A stretch of DNA of 64,000 bases, taken from the NCBI RefSeq assembly GCF_023055435.1, contig NW_025964334.1, positions 3,410,001 to 3,474,000 of the forward strand. Direction: 5' to 3'. The position numbers were made by a program, and so were the translations under genes. Source of the stretch: Haliotis rufescens (lineage: Eukaryota). Of this stretch, positions 1 through 13,499 are shown one piece after another. The notes under the pieces were generated by a model that saw nothing but the letters and a program-made list of their open reading frames with translations, was not told where the DNA came from and did not search any database. Each line of letters begins with the position of its first letter. Positions within the stretch are counted from its first letter, which is position 1.

Positions 1-230
1 TATTCAGTTTACTGTAGCAATATTCTTAAAGTACTGTCAGAAATGCTAGAAACATTCTTTTTGCCCATTAAAACAAGATAGAATGTTTCGCGGACTGTTC
101 ATATTGATATAACTATGTATGTATGTATGTATGTAGGTAGGTAGGTAGGTAGGTAGGTAGGTAGGTAGGTATCTATGAGCGTCGGTTCACACATCGAATT
201 GAACCAATGAAATATCTCTTGAATATGAGT

Positions 231-385
231 GGGTGACGTTTCACGCCGCTTTTAGCAATATTCCAGCAATATCACGGCCGGGGACACCAGAAATGGGCTT
301 CACACATTGTACCCATGTCGGGAATCGAACATGGGTCTTCGGCCTGACGAGCGAACGCTTTAACCACCGGGCTACCCGACCGCCC
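231..385 (-). mobile_element. tRNA(Asp-like)-headed SINE, family A
   Basis: A and B boxes; 15-bp TSD CTCTTGAATATGAGT (216-230, 386-400). Confidence 0.9.
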
Positions 386-466
386 CTCTTGAATATGAGT
401 AATTCTTCATGTATTAACCAACATGTATGGTATTCGCGGGGTTTTTTGTCGGTGAATATATATATA

Positions 467-601
467 GTTGGCTGACATTCAGCTGTAGACAAGGACAACT
501 TATAATGAACACTAAGTAAAGTGATCTATAGAATATGTAAATATCACTTTACTAAGAGTTCATTATAAGTTGTCCTTGTCTACAGTTGAATGTCAGCCAA
601 C
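467..601. mobile_element. Palindromic MITE, TA-flanked
   Basis: Near-perfect inverted arms of about 55 bp, GTTGGCTGACATTCA...TGAATGTCAGCCAAC. Confidence 0.75.
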
Positions 602-1563
602 TAACATCAAACTTGATACCCTTTTGCAGCCTCTGTGATTTCACCAGCTTCACCTGGACTTCCCCATATCTATTTTTAGATACTTCCTACTATTACTGTG
701 TTGCATCATGACTTCCTTTAATACCTGTCAGCTGCAACCTGTCTTCTGATTGGCCCTTTGGACAACTTCTCTTAACTTCCAATCTTACCTGCCCTCTTCC
801 TGCATTCGGCAAATACTCTTATGGAGGGAGGTGTTCTGTTTTCAGATGAGAAACGTTTCAGTATTCTTATCTTCTTCCATTCTGTTCTATAAACAAATAT
901 ATTCATAAAAAAGTATCACAGAATTTCATAAACGCAAAACATATGTAATTACATTATTATTTAATTTATTCTATCGAAATATTTGCAAGTCTACACATTG
1001 TTGTTACATTTATCGAGCACATGGTCTTCAACAATGTGCTGTAACAGATATACATTATAACGGTCATTTTTTTTCTAGACAGGCTTGTTACAAGGACCTA
1101 TATGGTTACTTTCGGGATGAAAAGAAGGTCATATGTACTTTTTCATTTTGCAGTTGTACTGTATTGACGTGACGTGACGTAAACTTTCCATTTGGCATTA
1201 GATTTTAGCCATGGTAATGCCCCCAAAACATATGGATTTCCCTCGTTATATTTTGCAGCCTAAATTTTCACTCTCTTTGGTGAAGCTAGATTGCTAGGAT
1301 TTAAAAATGCATTATATGTTTCCACATTAGCATAAAATAGCATCCATCTCTCTTCAATTGAAGGTACATCACAATGTTGCATCTGAAAATTGAAAATTGA
1401 CACTTCCACACAATGGTATGATTGTTATATTTTCTTGAATTCTACATACAATTTTGTACTACTCATGTGTAAACAAAATGTGCAAAAGTATTGCTGTTTT
1501 GTTGTTTTTTGCCAACATTCGGAATACCAACAAAAAATGGCATGATTATCATGTATGATCAGG

Positions 1564-1876
1564 CAGGGTATGAAACTCCCAAAAACTTCAGCCAGACCAC
1601 AGGACTGGCTAGCTGAAATACTTGCCAGCCCTGACCAAAACCTGCCTGCCCACTATAATCATATGTTCCTCGGGATAAGCTAACGGGGTTTCTTTTTGGT
1701 TACATTTTATCATTCATCTTAACATGTGAATTAATGATTATCATCGGGAAATATTTAGAATATTGTCACATATGAAATATAACCCGACCGTCGGGCAGGG
1801 GGATTTGAAAATCTGGCAGCCCGAGTTGAAATCAACCCGTCTCGGACGGTCGGGCAGGCAGGTATTTCGAACACTG
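1564..1876. mobile_element. Non-autonomous CAG...CTG DNA transposon (hAT/P-like)
   Basis: Imperfect TIRs CAGGGTATGAAA / TTTCGAACACTG; direct repeat GATCAGG on both sides. Confidence 0.6.
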
Positions 1877-1894
1877 GATCAGGTTTATGTAAGC

Positions 1895-3325
1895 AGGTGA
1901 GGGTCAAACATTGCTATGTTCTGCATATGTGTTATAGTGCCCGTAGCCCCAGGGCTATTGCAGTACGTAACAAAAGCTGACTGTGTGTACTTTAATTTAT
2001 CATCCAAAACTGGCTCCCACAGAGGATATCGCTTGGATGAGATCAAGCGATATCTACACTGTAGATATCGCTGCAATGAAATTACAGCACATGGTTATCA
2101 TGACGTCACAATCAAATGACATCACTATGGCTCTGCTACTGAAGCTGTTAGCAGTACTTTTTATACTGAAGACACTGCTAATTAATGTCGACAAACTGAA
2201 AAAGTTGGAAGAATGGTGTTGGATGGTAAATAAAATCTCACCATCGTGTCTTTTAATATCAAATATATCAACACTCGTTGATAAAAGTGGCAAAAATTCG
2301 GCAAGCCTTGGAATGTTTCCACTCTTATCAACTCGTGTTGATATATTTGATATCAAAAGACACTCGGGTCAGATTCTCTGTATATTTTAAGGTTGTCCCA
2401 GGCTACTAATCTCTGGTGGCGTTGTTTGAATTCCCTTGCATAGGCAACTGTGGTATAGGAAAATAAATGGCCGTAGCCATGTAGTGCCCGTAGCCCCTAT
2501 TTTAATGCCTGGTATTTTGACTGAACAGTTCAGTTAGTAACTTAACCACAGGAGATACTTCATGTAATATGTAAACCTTCAATCTGACCTATTTGCTCTA
2601 CTCTATTCAATTGGTTTTGAATATTTGGGACATTTTACAACATGTAGAGTCCGTAGCCCCAGATTATCAGATGTCTCGATTTTCTGTTTTATTGAGTAGT
2701 TTCCAAAGACAAAAGTTGTCGATTTGACAATTAACATTAGTTTTTAACTTATTACAGTGTGACTGTTAACTAATCAGCGCTTTGCAAAATGTAGTGTCCG
2801 TAGCCCTAAGTACAGGCACGTGAGCCAGTTGCCCAGATATTTATATTTGCGCTTATTGGTTTAAGAGTCTGTCATGCACTACTGTCTAAAGTTTTGAAAG
2901 GATTTTATAAAACTTACTAGATATTGATTACCAGGTATTTTCAGAAGAGAAACTGCCACTTTCAGTTTATTTGCATAATTTTCAATCATGTTTCGTCTGT
3001 TTTCTCAGACAGATGTTTACTTTGCAATAGGTACAATTGTGTCCAGTCAAATAGAACACATACCTGCCCTCAATGTTATGTTAATTAAACTGTCTACTTC
3101 AAGAGTCTGTGTATATCTCTCCAATGTTATATAGTATTTTGCAGTGTCCGAAGCCCATGGTAAGTTTATAATGAGTTAGGGACGAAACCGGATGAAATTA
3201 AGAAAAACCCTTTTCAGGCTTAAAAGTGCTTATACAGTCCTATAATTGTCTTACACTACCAGCACTTTAATTGCGCTTGATTTTTCAAGAAAAATGTGAC
3301 CCCTGATTGTGACCAGGCCGTTAGC
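1895..3325. mobile_element. Probable non-autonomous DNA transposon with dispersed GTGYCCGTAGCCC motifs and an internal hairpin (about 2246-2364)
   Basis: Motif at about 1937, 2470, 2484, 2647, 2794 and 3143; inverted arms of about 45 bp. Confidence 0.45.
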
Positions 3326-3934
3326 AAATTATTTACTTCAGCAAACACGTGTCTGTGAATCGCCGCCAAACACTGTTATCTTACTCTCGCTCGCTGCTGT
3401 GTCGAGAGAGCGGTCAATACGCAAACTGTTGTACGCTTGCCGATACTCAAGCAAACAAGAACACAATATTGAAAGTTATATTTTAAAAACCTTCCCTTAA
3501 TGAGGGGAAAGAATGATCTTTAACTGCCCAACTGATGTCGCCATACCTATTATGCAACAGACAGTTTGTAGAAAGCTATCTCTGAGTGAGTGAGTGAGTG
3601 AGTGAGTGAGTGAGTGAGTGAGTGAGTGAGCTGGGTTTTACGCGTAGCCTGTCGGGTAATCCGAAGTAATCTGGTATAACGGTAGCGCACGCGTAATTTG
3701 ACGACTGCAGACTATTCTGGTGAAAGGGCTTCTTGTGAACTCATGTCAGTCGGTTACCAATTACTGTCACTGATAAGGGGAGCGAACACATTTTATACTG
3801 ATTATAGATTAATTTATTTTAGTAAGCGAATTTATTCAATTTGAGTATAAGTACAAGATAGTCATGGACCATTGCACAGCATGGTAATATGTCTAACGCA
3901 CAAGTGCCTCTGAGATCAGTCCATTCAACAACCA

Positions 3935-4195
3935 CCCTGAACTACCTCGCGACCACCTACAACAACTGACACAATCCTCCAAAATCGACGGTTCCAAACC
4001 TAACCTCTTCAAGATGCTCTACTTTATAAAGACAGAACAGTCTTTCGTTGACGTGGCCGTTCTTCAGCTCCAAGCAGACGGTGTGAAGAAAACAAAATGC
4101 CAACAACTTCAAGATGTTTTGAGCGTTACAAAAGACAACTTCTTGCTGGGACGAAATGTCCTGTAGAGTACCTCGATGCCATCTCACGTCCAACT
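3935..4195 (+). mobile_element. Mutator/MULE-type transposase C-terminal remnant
   Basis: KPNLFKMLYFIKTEQ...VLQL and, after a frameshift, EYLDAIS. Confidence 0.5.
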
Positions 4196-4311
4196 GGGAA
4201 CTGATCTTAATGAATCAACATGAATAAAAAGAAGTTGTATTGACGTATATATCTATTAATGTTTATCATGTCAAGTGAGTGATAAGTCACTGCTCTGGTG
4301 AAAACGTTTGG

Positions 4312-5385
4312 TGTGCATTGGTGTCTGATTTACTGCCGTACATTGGTGTCTGATTTACTGCCGTACATTGGTGTCGGATTTACTGCCATACATTGGTGTC
4401 TAATATACTGCCGTACATTGGTGTCTGATTTACTGCCGTACAGTGGTGTCTGATTTACTGCCGTACAGTGGTGTCTGATTTACTGCCGTACAGTGGTGTC
4501 CGATTTACTGCCGTACATTGGTGTCTGATTTACTGTCGTACAGTGGTGTCTGATTTACTGCCGTACATTGGTGTCTAATATACTGCCGTACATTGGTGTC
4601 CGATTTACTGCCGTACAGTGGTGTCTGATTTACTGCCGTACAGTGGTGTCTGATTTACTGCCGTACATTGGTGTCGGATTTACTGTCGTACAGTGGTGTC
4701 TGATTTACTGCCGTACATTGGTGTCTAATATACTGCCGTACATTGGTGTCCGATTTACTGCCGTACAGTAGTGTCTGATTTACTGCCGTACAGTGGTGTC
4801 TGATTTACTGTCGTACAGTGGTCTCTGATTTACTGCCGTACATTGGTGTCGGATTTACTGTCGTACAGTGGTGTCTGATTTACTGCCGTACAGTGGTGTC
4901 TAATATACTGCCGTACATTGGTGTCTGATTTACTGCCGTACAGTAGTGTCTGATTTACTGTCGTACAGTGGTCTCTGATTTACTGCCGTACATTGGTGTC
5001 TAATTTACTGCCGTACAGTGGTGTCTGATTTACTGCCGTACAGTGGTGTCCGATTTACTGCCGTACATTGGTGTCGGATTTACTGTCGTACAGTGGTGTC
5101 GGATTTACTGCCGTACATTGGTGTCTGATTTACTGCCGTACATTGGTGTCGGATTTACTGCCGTACAGTGGTGTCTGATTTACTGCCGTACAGTGGTGTC
5201 TGATTTACTGCCGTACAGTGCTGTCGGATTTAATGCCGTACATTGGTGTCGGATTTACTGCCGTACATTGGTGTCGGATTTACTGCCGTACAGTGGTGTC
5301 TGATTTACTGCCGTACAGTGGTGTCTGATTTACTGCCGTACATTGGTGTCTGATTTACTGCCGTACAGCGGCGTCCTATTTACTG
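4312..5385. repeat. 25-bp minisatellite
   Basis: GGTGTCTGATTTACTGCCGTACA(T/G)T. Confidence 0.95.
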
Positions 5386-6221
5386 CGATTTCTTATTTAC
5401 TGTGTTTTGGCATGTTGTTTGTACACTGACAGTTTTGTAAATACGGAGCAGTGGAGTCTCATTTACTGCGGTACATTGGTATCCTTTTTAGTGCGGTATC
5501 TTATTTACTGCTCTACATTGGTATTTTATACAGTGTGATCTTATTCAATGTGATATTCACATTCCCACTCACTCTCCAACCTATTAATCCACTCTCGCGC
5601 TCACCCAGCCACTCACCCACTCCTCTCTCTCTCTCCCACACACGCTGTCATGCGCACACCCACCCTTCCGCCCATCCATCCATTTCCCCACCCTCTCTCC
5701 CACCCTCTCACCCACTCTTCCACCCGCTCTTCCACCCCCTACCCACCAACATATCCACTCACCCACAAACATCTACCCCGCCACCACCACCACAAACACC
5801 CACCTCCCCCCTCTCCCCACTCAGCCGATGATGTAAAGTTTGGTTTTGATAATGACTGCTCATGATCAAAGTAAGCGTTGAATGTAACAGCGTCAATGAC
5901 GTACAGCCTGCCAAATTCACTTCATTGCAGATCTGCCAAACAGAGTAGATCACATGTCTTAAGATATTAATTTCTCCGATTAGGAAAAGGCGTACTTGCC
6001 TAATGGTTGAGTTTCTGTGAAGTCCGGGAGGCGCCTTGTGAAGTCAGGAGCTGCATTTCACCTCTATTTCCCTTCCCCGGAACTGTACAAGCGTGGCTGC
6101 AGTCGCTGCTCACACCTCGGCGGAAACATGTCTTCTCGAGTTCAGGGAGAAACTCCATCATTGATCTCGCGTTTAAGAAAACAATGTTAATTTTGCATCT
6201 GCGAAAAAAGTACAACAAAAG

Positions 6222-6695
6222 GATGTTTAGGACTTTTGGGGGAGTGTGAAGACTCCCCAATACTGCAGCTTTCTGCATTACCCAGACTGTACCCAGGCTG
6301 CATTCCTGGCAGCAAACCCGGGAACTCTCCCAATGTCTGTCAACAGATTCAGAGGTACCAAACCTAAGGCGCCGAGAACAATGGGGAGTCGGACAACTTT
6401 ATAGTTTTGGCCAGGGCTGCGGTAAAACATTTCCCAATCAGACATTTTGTTCCCAACTCTTGAGACCTGCAGTGGGTATCTGGTTAGGGTCGGGTAACAG
6501 GGGCTAGTAAATTTGAACTCGTCCTAGCCCTATTGGGATGCAAGTGTGACATTTCGAAAGCGTGGTCCGCATATTTGCCATGTTTATTCCAGAATCTTGT
6601 CCAACACATTAGAATCAAAAGGGACAGAAAACTCAATGATGTAAATGATTTCGTTGGATTTATCAAAAAGGACAAGATCAAGTTTGTTGGTCTGC
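6222..6695 (-). mobile_element. Decayed 3' end of an RLE-type non-LTR retrotransposon (R4/Dong/NeSL-like restriction-like endonuclease)
   Basis: Minus-strand translation: NKLDLVLFDK..IYIIEFSVPFDSN..., KY.D.AFE, VVRLPIVLGALGLVP, MQKAAVLGSLH..KVL, with stops and frameshifts. Confidence 0.75.
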
Positions 6696-6707
6696 AGAGG
6701 TCAGAGG

Positions 6708-6845
6708 TAATAATGATAATTATTATTATTTTTATGATTATTATTTATGATAATTATTATTGTTGTTGTTGTTGTTATTATTATAATTATCATTATTAGC
6801 ATTAGCATTATTAGCATTAGCATTAGCATTATTAGCATTATTGCA
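6708..6845. repeat. Compound TTA/TTG/TTAGCA microsatellite; others: (TATG)n(TAGG)n 115-170, (GAGT)n 3583-3630, poly-G 37804-37855
   Basis: Direct inspection. Confidence 0.9.
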
Positions 6846-7523
6846 TCGAAACCGATTCGTGGTATTAACGATATTTAGTAACATCAACTGGTCATATCTA
6901 AAAGTCACGGTTTTTTTCAATACAATCGAATGACTGACAACACCAAATCCACATTGCCAGTTCCTTGCTCTCGAAATAAACTGTTGGCTACGTAGGCAAT
7001 AGAAGCCACAGTGTGATGGAACTTGTTCAACATACGACACCTTCGTATGAAGAGAGTGTCAGAAAGACGGAACAGATGACGTATACTAACGATAGAAATT
7101 AAGGGAACATAGAAATATTGAAAATAGTGTCTGTCACTTTGTTCAATAAATATGCCTTGTCAGGCACCAAGTGGACTGCCTGTTGATTTGCATGGTTAAC
7201 TACGGTATTTCGTGAAAACACAAATGCTTTCTGTTATAACCTTTCCTAAAGTGCCGGGCAAAAGAGAGCATACAAGAAAAAATACAAATGTCACCAGGCT
7301 GAAACAAGCGCCGAAACACTGCAAATCGATGAACTATTTTAATTTGTTTCTTTTGAGCTACCATCAAACATACTCTTTTTTCCCCAGGTTTGTTTCCTTC
7401 CCTAAGCATATGATCTCAAATATATAACATCCTATCTACTAATATTTTTGGGAAACCCCGGGATTTTTGGGGTAACAGCAAGTTAAATGCTCCCTAAGAT
7501 CTAATTCACTGTAATACTTAGCC

Positions 7524-7692
7524 GGGGCGGTCGGGTAGCCTAGTGATTAAAGCGTTCGCTCACCACGCCGAAGACCCGTGTTCGATTCCCGACATGGGTA
7601 CAATGTGTGAAGCCCATTCCTGGTGTCCCCCGCCGTGATATTGCTGGAATATTACTGAAAGCGTCGTAAAGCTATACTCACTCACTCACTCA
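7524..7692 (+). mobile_element. SINE family A
   Basis: GGGGCGGTCGGGTAGCCTAGTG...GTTCGATTCCC...(ACTC)n. Confidence 0.9.
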
Positions 7693-8514
7693 ATGTTTAC
7701 AAGACTCACTCACTCACTAATACTAAGCCCAAAGCAGCCACTTGACTTTCCTTTCCTACGATATATATTATTGATGTCAGTGATGCGGTTTTTAAATTAT
7801 AAAAAGTATCTCGTAAAGGTTTCTAAAATGATTTAATGATATGTGAAAATCGATATCGCTTAGACACTTAATACTTCATAACATATGACGTTATAATGTC
7901 ATGGCTTTTCGGAGAATTAGCGTCATTCTATCGGGAACCAAACTATCCTTATATGGACAGGCCTGAACGGTGCTGTGTCACGTGCTGTGTCACGTGGTCC
8001 AGTCGGCCTACCAATGACCAGGGATGAGCCTAATCTCTCCTTCTATCCTCTTATTATTGCGCCGCACAATCTAGACCGGAATCAAGTGGCCTATTAATAT
8101 CATTAATTTGCACTGCTTTTAGATCAAAGAAAACGACATAGAAGCCGCCGATGTGAATTTATCTGTTTGTAATTAGTTGCGAGTCGGCTTTGACCGATTA
8201 AAGCGTAGCATTATCTTCACGGAGATATTCAATATTCAATATTAATTTGCTTTGCGAAAAACTGATGTTTTGTTCTTATTTAAGAGAACTTATTATTATA
8301 TTTTTCCTAATGAGTACGAACAATACATCAACAGCGTGATGTGATTTGATTTGGATTAAATGTTCTTGACTGCGTCTGGGGTGTTGTGTATCAAAGCTGG
8401 GTCATTACATCAACACAAACCAATATATTTATCGACAATTAAAGTCAAATAAGAAACATACTTTTCATTATTCTGAATTGGCCAAGATTTCATTTTCAAA
8501 CCTTTAATATTTGC

Positions 8515-10810
8515 AGCCATATCTATCTGATGCTATTCTTCATCTGTATATATCCAATCTGTTGCTCTTCCTCACCTGTATATATCCCATCTGTTGCTAT
8601 TCGTCACCTGTATATATCCCATCTGTTGCTATTCTACACCTGTATATATCCCATCTGTTGCTATTCGTCACCTGTATTCATCCCATCTGTTGCTATTCGT
8701 CACCTGTATGTATCCCATCTGTTGCTATTCTACACCTGTATATATCCCATCTCTTGCTATTCGTCACCTGTATATATCCCATCTGTTGCTATTCTACACC
8801 TGTATTCATCCCATATGTTGCTATTCGTCACCTGTATATATCCCATCTGTTGCTTTTCGTCACCTGTATTTATTCAATCTGTTTCCATTCGTCACCTGTA
8901 TATATCCCATCTGTTACTATTCTACACCTGTATTTATCCCATCTGTTGCTATTCTTCACTTGTATATATCCCATCTGTTGCTATTCTTCACATGTATATA
9001 ACCCATCTGCTGCTATTCTTCACCTGTGTATATCCCATCTGTTCCTATTCTTCACCTGTATATATCCCATGTGTTGCTATTCTTCACCTGTATTTGTCCC
9101 ATCTGTTGCTATTCTTCACCTGTATATATCCAATCTGTTACTATTCTTCACCTGTATATATCCCATCTGTTGCTATTCTTCACCTGTATATAATCCCATC
9201 TGTTGCTAATCTTACCCTGTATTTGTCCCATCTGTTACTATTTTTCACCTGTGTATATCCCATCTGTTGCTATTCTTCACCTGTATAATCCCATTTGTTG
9301 CTATTCTTCATCTGTATTTATCCCATCTGTTGCTATTCTTAACCTGTATATATCCCATCTGTTGCTATTCTTCACCTGTATATATCCCATCTGTTGCTAT
9401 TCTTCACCTGTATTTATCCCATCTGTTGCTATTCTTCACCTGTATATATCCAATCTGTTACTATTCTTCACCTGTATATATCCCATCTGTTGCTATTCTT
9501 CAGCTGTATATAATCCCATCTGTTGCTAATCTTACCCTGTATTTGTCCCATGTGTTGCTATTTTTCACCTGTGTATATCCCATCTGTTGCTATTCTTCAC
9601 ATGTATATAACCCATCTGTTGCTATTCTTCACCTGTGTATATCCCATCTGTTGCTATTCTTCACCTGTGTATATCCCATCTGTTGCTATTCTTCACCTGT
9701 ATTTGTCCCATCTGTTACTATTCTTCACCTGTTTATATCCCATCTGTTGCTATTCTTCACCTGTATATATCCAATCTGTAACTATTCTTCACCTGTTTTT
9801 ATCCCACCTGTTGCTATTCTTAACCTTTATATATCCCATCTGTTGCTATTCTTCACATGTATATATCCCATCTGTTGCTATTCTTCACCTGTATTTGTCC
9901 CATCTGTTGCTATTCTTCACCTGTGTATATCCCATCTGTTGCTATTCTTCACCTGTATTTATCCCATCTATTGCTATTCTTAACCTGTATATATCCCATC
10001 TGTTACTATTCTTCACCTGTATATATCCCATCTGTTGCTATTCTTCACCTGTATTTGTCCCATCTGTTGCTATTCTTCCCCTGTATATATCCCATCTATT
10101 GCTATTCTTAACCTGTATATATCCCATCTGTTACTATTCTTCACATGTATATATCCCATCTGTTACTATTCTTCACCTGTTTATATCCCATCTGTTGCTA
10201 TTCTTCACCTGTATATATCCCATCTGTTACTATTCTTCACATGTATATATCCCATCTGTTACTATTCTTCACCTGTATATATCCCATCTGTTGCTATTCT
10301 TCACCTGTATTTGTCCCATCTGTTGCTATTCTTCCCCTGTATATATCCCATCTATTGCTATTCTTAACCTGTATATATCCCATCTGTTACTATTCTTCAC
10401 ATGTATATATCCCATCTGTTACTATTTTTCACCTGTATTTGTCCCATCTGTTGCTATTCTTCACCTGTATATATCCCATCTGTTGCTATTCTTCACCTGT
10501 ATATATCCCATCTGTTACTATTCTTCACCTGTATATATCCCATCTGTTACTATTCTTCACCTGTATATATCCTATCTGTTACTATTCTTCACCTGTATAT
10601 ATCCCATCTGTTACTATTCTTCACCTGTATATATCCCATCTGTTACTATTCTTCACCTGTATTTGTCCCATCTGTTACTATTCTTCATATGTATATATCC
10701 TATCTGTTACTATTCTTCACCTGTATATATCCCATCTGTTACTATTCTTCACCTGTATATATCCCATCTGTTACTATTCTTCACCTGTATATATCCCATC
10801 TGTTGCTATT
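8515..10810. repeat. 32-bp minisatellite
   Basis: ATCCCATCTGTTGCTATTCTTCACCTGTATAT. Confidence 0.97.
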
Positions 10811-10904
10811 CCGTCTCCAAACATCTGACTTGCTAGCTAGCAGTACATTGTGTTTCTCTCTGGAGCTTCAGGACGAGGTTTTTCTATAGGTCAAGGCCGT
10901 CGAG

Positions 10905-13230
10905 TTTCTCTGTACAATACCAGGGCTTTAAGTATCTCTCTATAGTACCAGGGCTTTAAGTATATCTCTATAGCACCAGGTCGTTGAGTATCTCTCTATA
11001 GTACCAGGGCTTTAAGTATATCTCTATAGCACCAGGTCGTTGAGTATCTCTCTATAGTACCAGGGCTTTAAGTATCTCTCTATAGCACCAGGTCGTTGAG
11101 TATCTCTCTATAGTACCAGGGCTTTAAGTATATCTCTATAGCACCAGGTCGTTGAGTATTTCTCTATAGTACCAGGGCTTTAAGTATATCTCTATAGCAC
11201 CAGGTCGTTGAGTATCTCTCTATAGTACCAGGGCTTTAAGTATATCTCTATAGCACCAGGTCGTTGAGTATCTCTCTATAGTACCAGGGCTTTAAGTATA
11301 TCTCTATAGCACCAGGTCGTTGAGTATCTCTCTATAGTACCAGGGCTTTAAGTATCTCTCTATAGCACCAGGTCGTTGAGTATCTCTCTATAGTACCAGG
11401 GCTTTAAGTATATCTCTATAGCACCAGGTCGTTGAGTATTTCTCTATAGTACCAGGGCTTTAAGTATATCTCTATAGCACCAGGTCGTTGAGTATCTCTC
11501 TATAGTACCAGGGCTTTAAGTATATCTCTATAGCACCAGGTCGTTGAGTATCTCTCTATAGTACCAGGGCTTTAAGTATATCTCTATAGTACCAGGTCGT
11601 TGAGTATCTCTCTATAGTACCAGGGCTTTAAGTATATCTCTATAGTACCAGGTCGTTGAGTATCTCTCTATAGTACCAGGGCTTTAAGTATATCTCTATA
11701 GTACCAGGTCGTTGATTATCTCTCTATAGTACCAGGGCTTTAAGTATATCTCTATAGCATCAGGTCGTTGAGTATATCTCTATAGCATCAGGTCGTTGAG
11801 TATCTCTCTATAGTACCAGGTCGTCGGTCGAGTATCTCTCTATAGTACCAGGGCTTTAAGTATATCTCTATAATACCAGGTCGTTGAGTATCTCTCTATA
11901 GTACCCGGTCGTTGAGTATCTCTCTGTAGTACCCGGTCGTTGAGTATCTCTCTGTAGTACCCGGTCGTTTGGTATCTCTCTATAGTACCAGGTCGTTTAG
12001 TATCTCTCTATAGTACCAGATCGTTGAGTATCTCACTATAATACCAAGGCGTTGAGTATCTCTCTTTAGTACCAGGTCGTTGAGTATATCTCTATAGTAC
12101 CAGGTCGTCGGTCGAGTATCTCTCTATAGTACCAGGTCGTTGAGTATCTCTCTATAGTACCCGGTCGTTTAGTATATCTCTATAGTACCAGGTCATTGAT
12201 TATCTCTCTATAGTACCAGGGCTTTAAGTATATCTCTATAGCATCAGGTCGTTGAGTATATCTCTATAGCATCAGGTCGTTGAGTATCTCTCTATAGTAC
12301 CAGGTCGTCGGTCGAGTATCTCTCTATAGTACCAGGGCTTTAAGTATATCTCTATAATACCAGGTCGTTGAGTATCTCTCTATAGTACCCGGTCGTTGAG
12401 TATCTCTCTGTAGTACCCGGTCGTTGAGTATCTCTCTGTAGTACCCGGTCGTTTGGTATCTCTCTATAGTACCAGGTCGTTTAGTATCTCTCTATAGTAC
12501 CAGATCGTTGAGTATCTCACTATAATACCAAGGCGTTGAGTATCTCTCTTTAGTACCAGGTCGTTGAGTATATCTCTATAGTACCAGGTCGTCGGTCGAG
12601 TATCTCTCTATAGTACCAGGTCGTTGAGTATCTCTCTATAGTACCCGGTCGTTTAGTATCTCTCTATAGTACCCGGTCGTTTAGTATCTCTCTATAGTAC
12701 CAGATCGTTGAGTATCTCACTATAATACCAAGGCGTTGAGTATCTCTCTTTAGTACCAGATCGTTGAGTATCTCACTATAATACCAAGGCGTTGAGTATC
12801 TCTCTTTAATAGCAGGGCGTTGAGTATCTCTCTAAAGCACCAGGTCGTTGAGTATCTCTCTTTAATAGCAGGGCGTTGAGTATCTCTCTAAAGCACCAGG
12901 TCGTTGACTTTCTCAAAAAGTTCAGGGCATCTGTCTTTTCTTCAGGTCCAGGAATGGGAGTATCTCTATATGGCTCCAGTAAGTCGAGTTTCTCTATAGC
13001 TCCAGTAAGTAGAGTTTCTCTATAGCTCCAGTAAGTAGAGTTTCTCTATAGCTCCAGTAAGTAGAGTTTCTCTATAGCTCCAGTAAGTAGAGTTTCTCTA
13101 TAGCTCCAGTAAGTAGAGTTTCTCTATAGCTCCAGTAAGTAGAGTTTCTCTATAGCTCCAGTAAGTCGAGTTTCTCTATAGCTCCAGTAAGTCGAGTTTA
13201 TCTCTGTCACAGTCTTTATAGCTCCAGGAT
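10905..13230. repeat. 28-bp minisatellite (56-bp dimer, about 484-bp higher-order duplication) grading into a related 26-bp array
   Basis: AGTATCTCTCTATAGTACCAGGGCTTTA / ...GGTCGTTG, then AGTTTCTCTATAGCTCCAGTAAGTAG. Confidence 0.95.
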
Positions 13231-13499
13231 CTTGAGTTTCGAAGCCGTCGAGTTTATCTCTGCGGCTTTGAAGTGAATATTTGAAGATGCAGAACGTCGA
13301 GTCATTTGAGAGAAAAATTCATCAAATTATGTGAAGCGCCTCTAAAAGGACTGACTCGTGTCTGTTGCTGAAATTGTTCAACGAATACCTCATATATTCA
13401 TTAACTGCAAAGATGTCTAAGTTCCTGATTTTCAGTTAGTCAGCCTCACCTAGTGTATCAATATCACAGTGCCACCTACTGTATATATATAACAGCCAG

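Noticed and set aside
4312-5385. CRISPR-like arrays
   Set aside because: Head-to-tail repeats with no unique spacers, no cas genes, eukaryotic context.
8511-10889. Hydrophobic/Cys ORFs (also 52798-54124 and 57533-58677)
   Set aside because: Translations of minisatellites.
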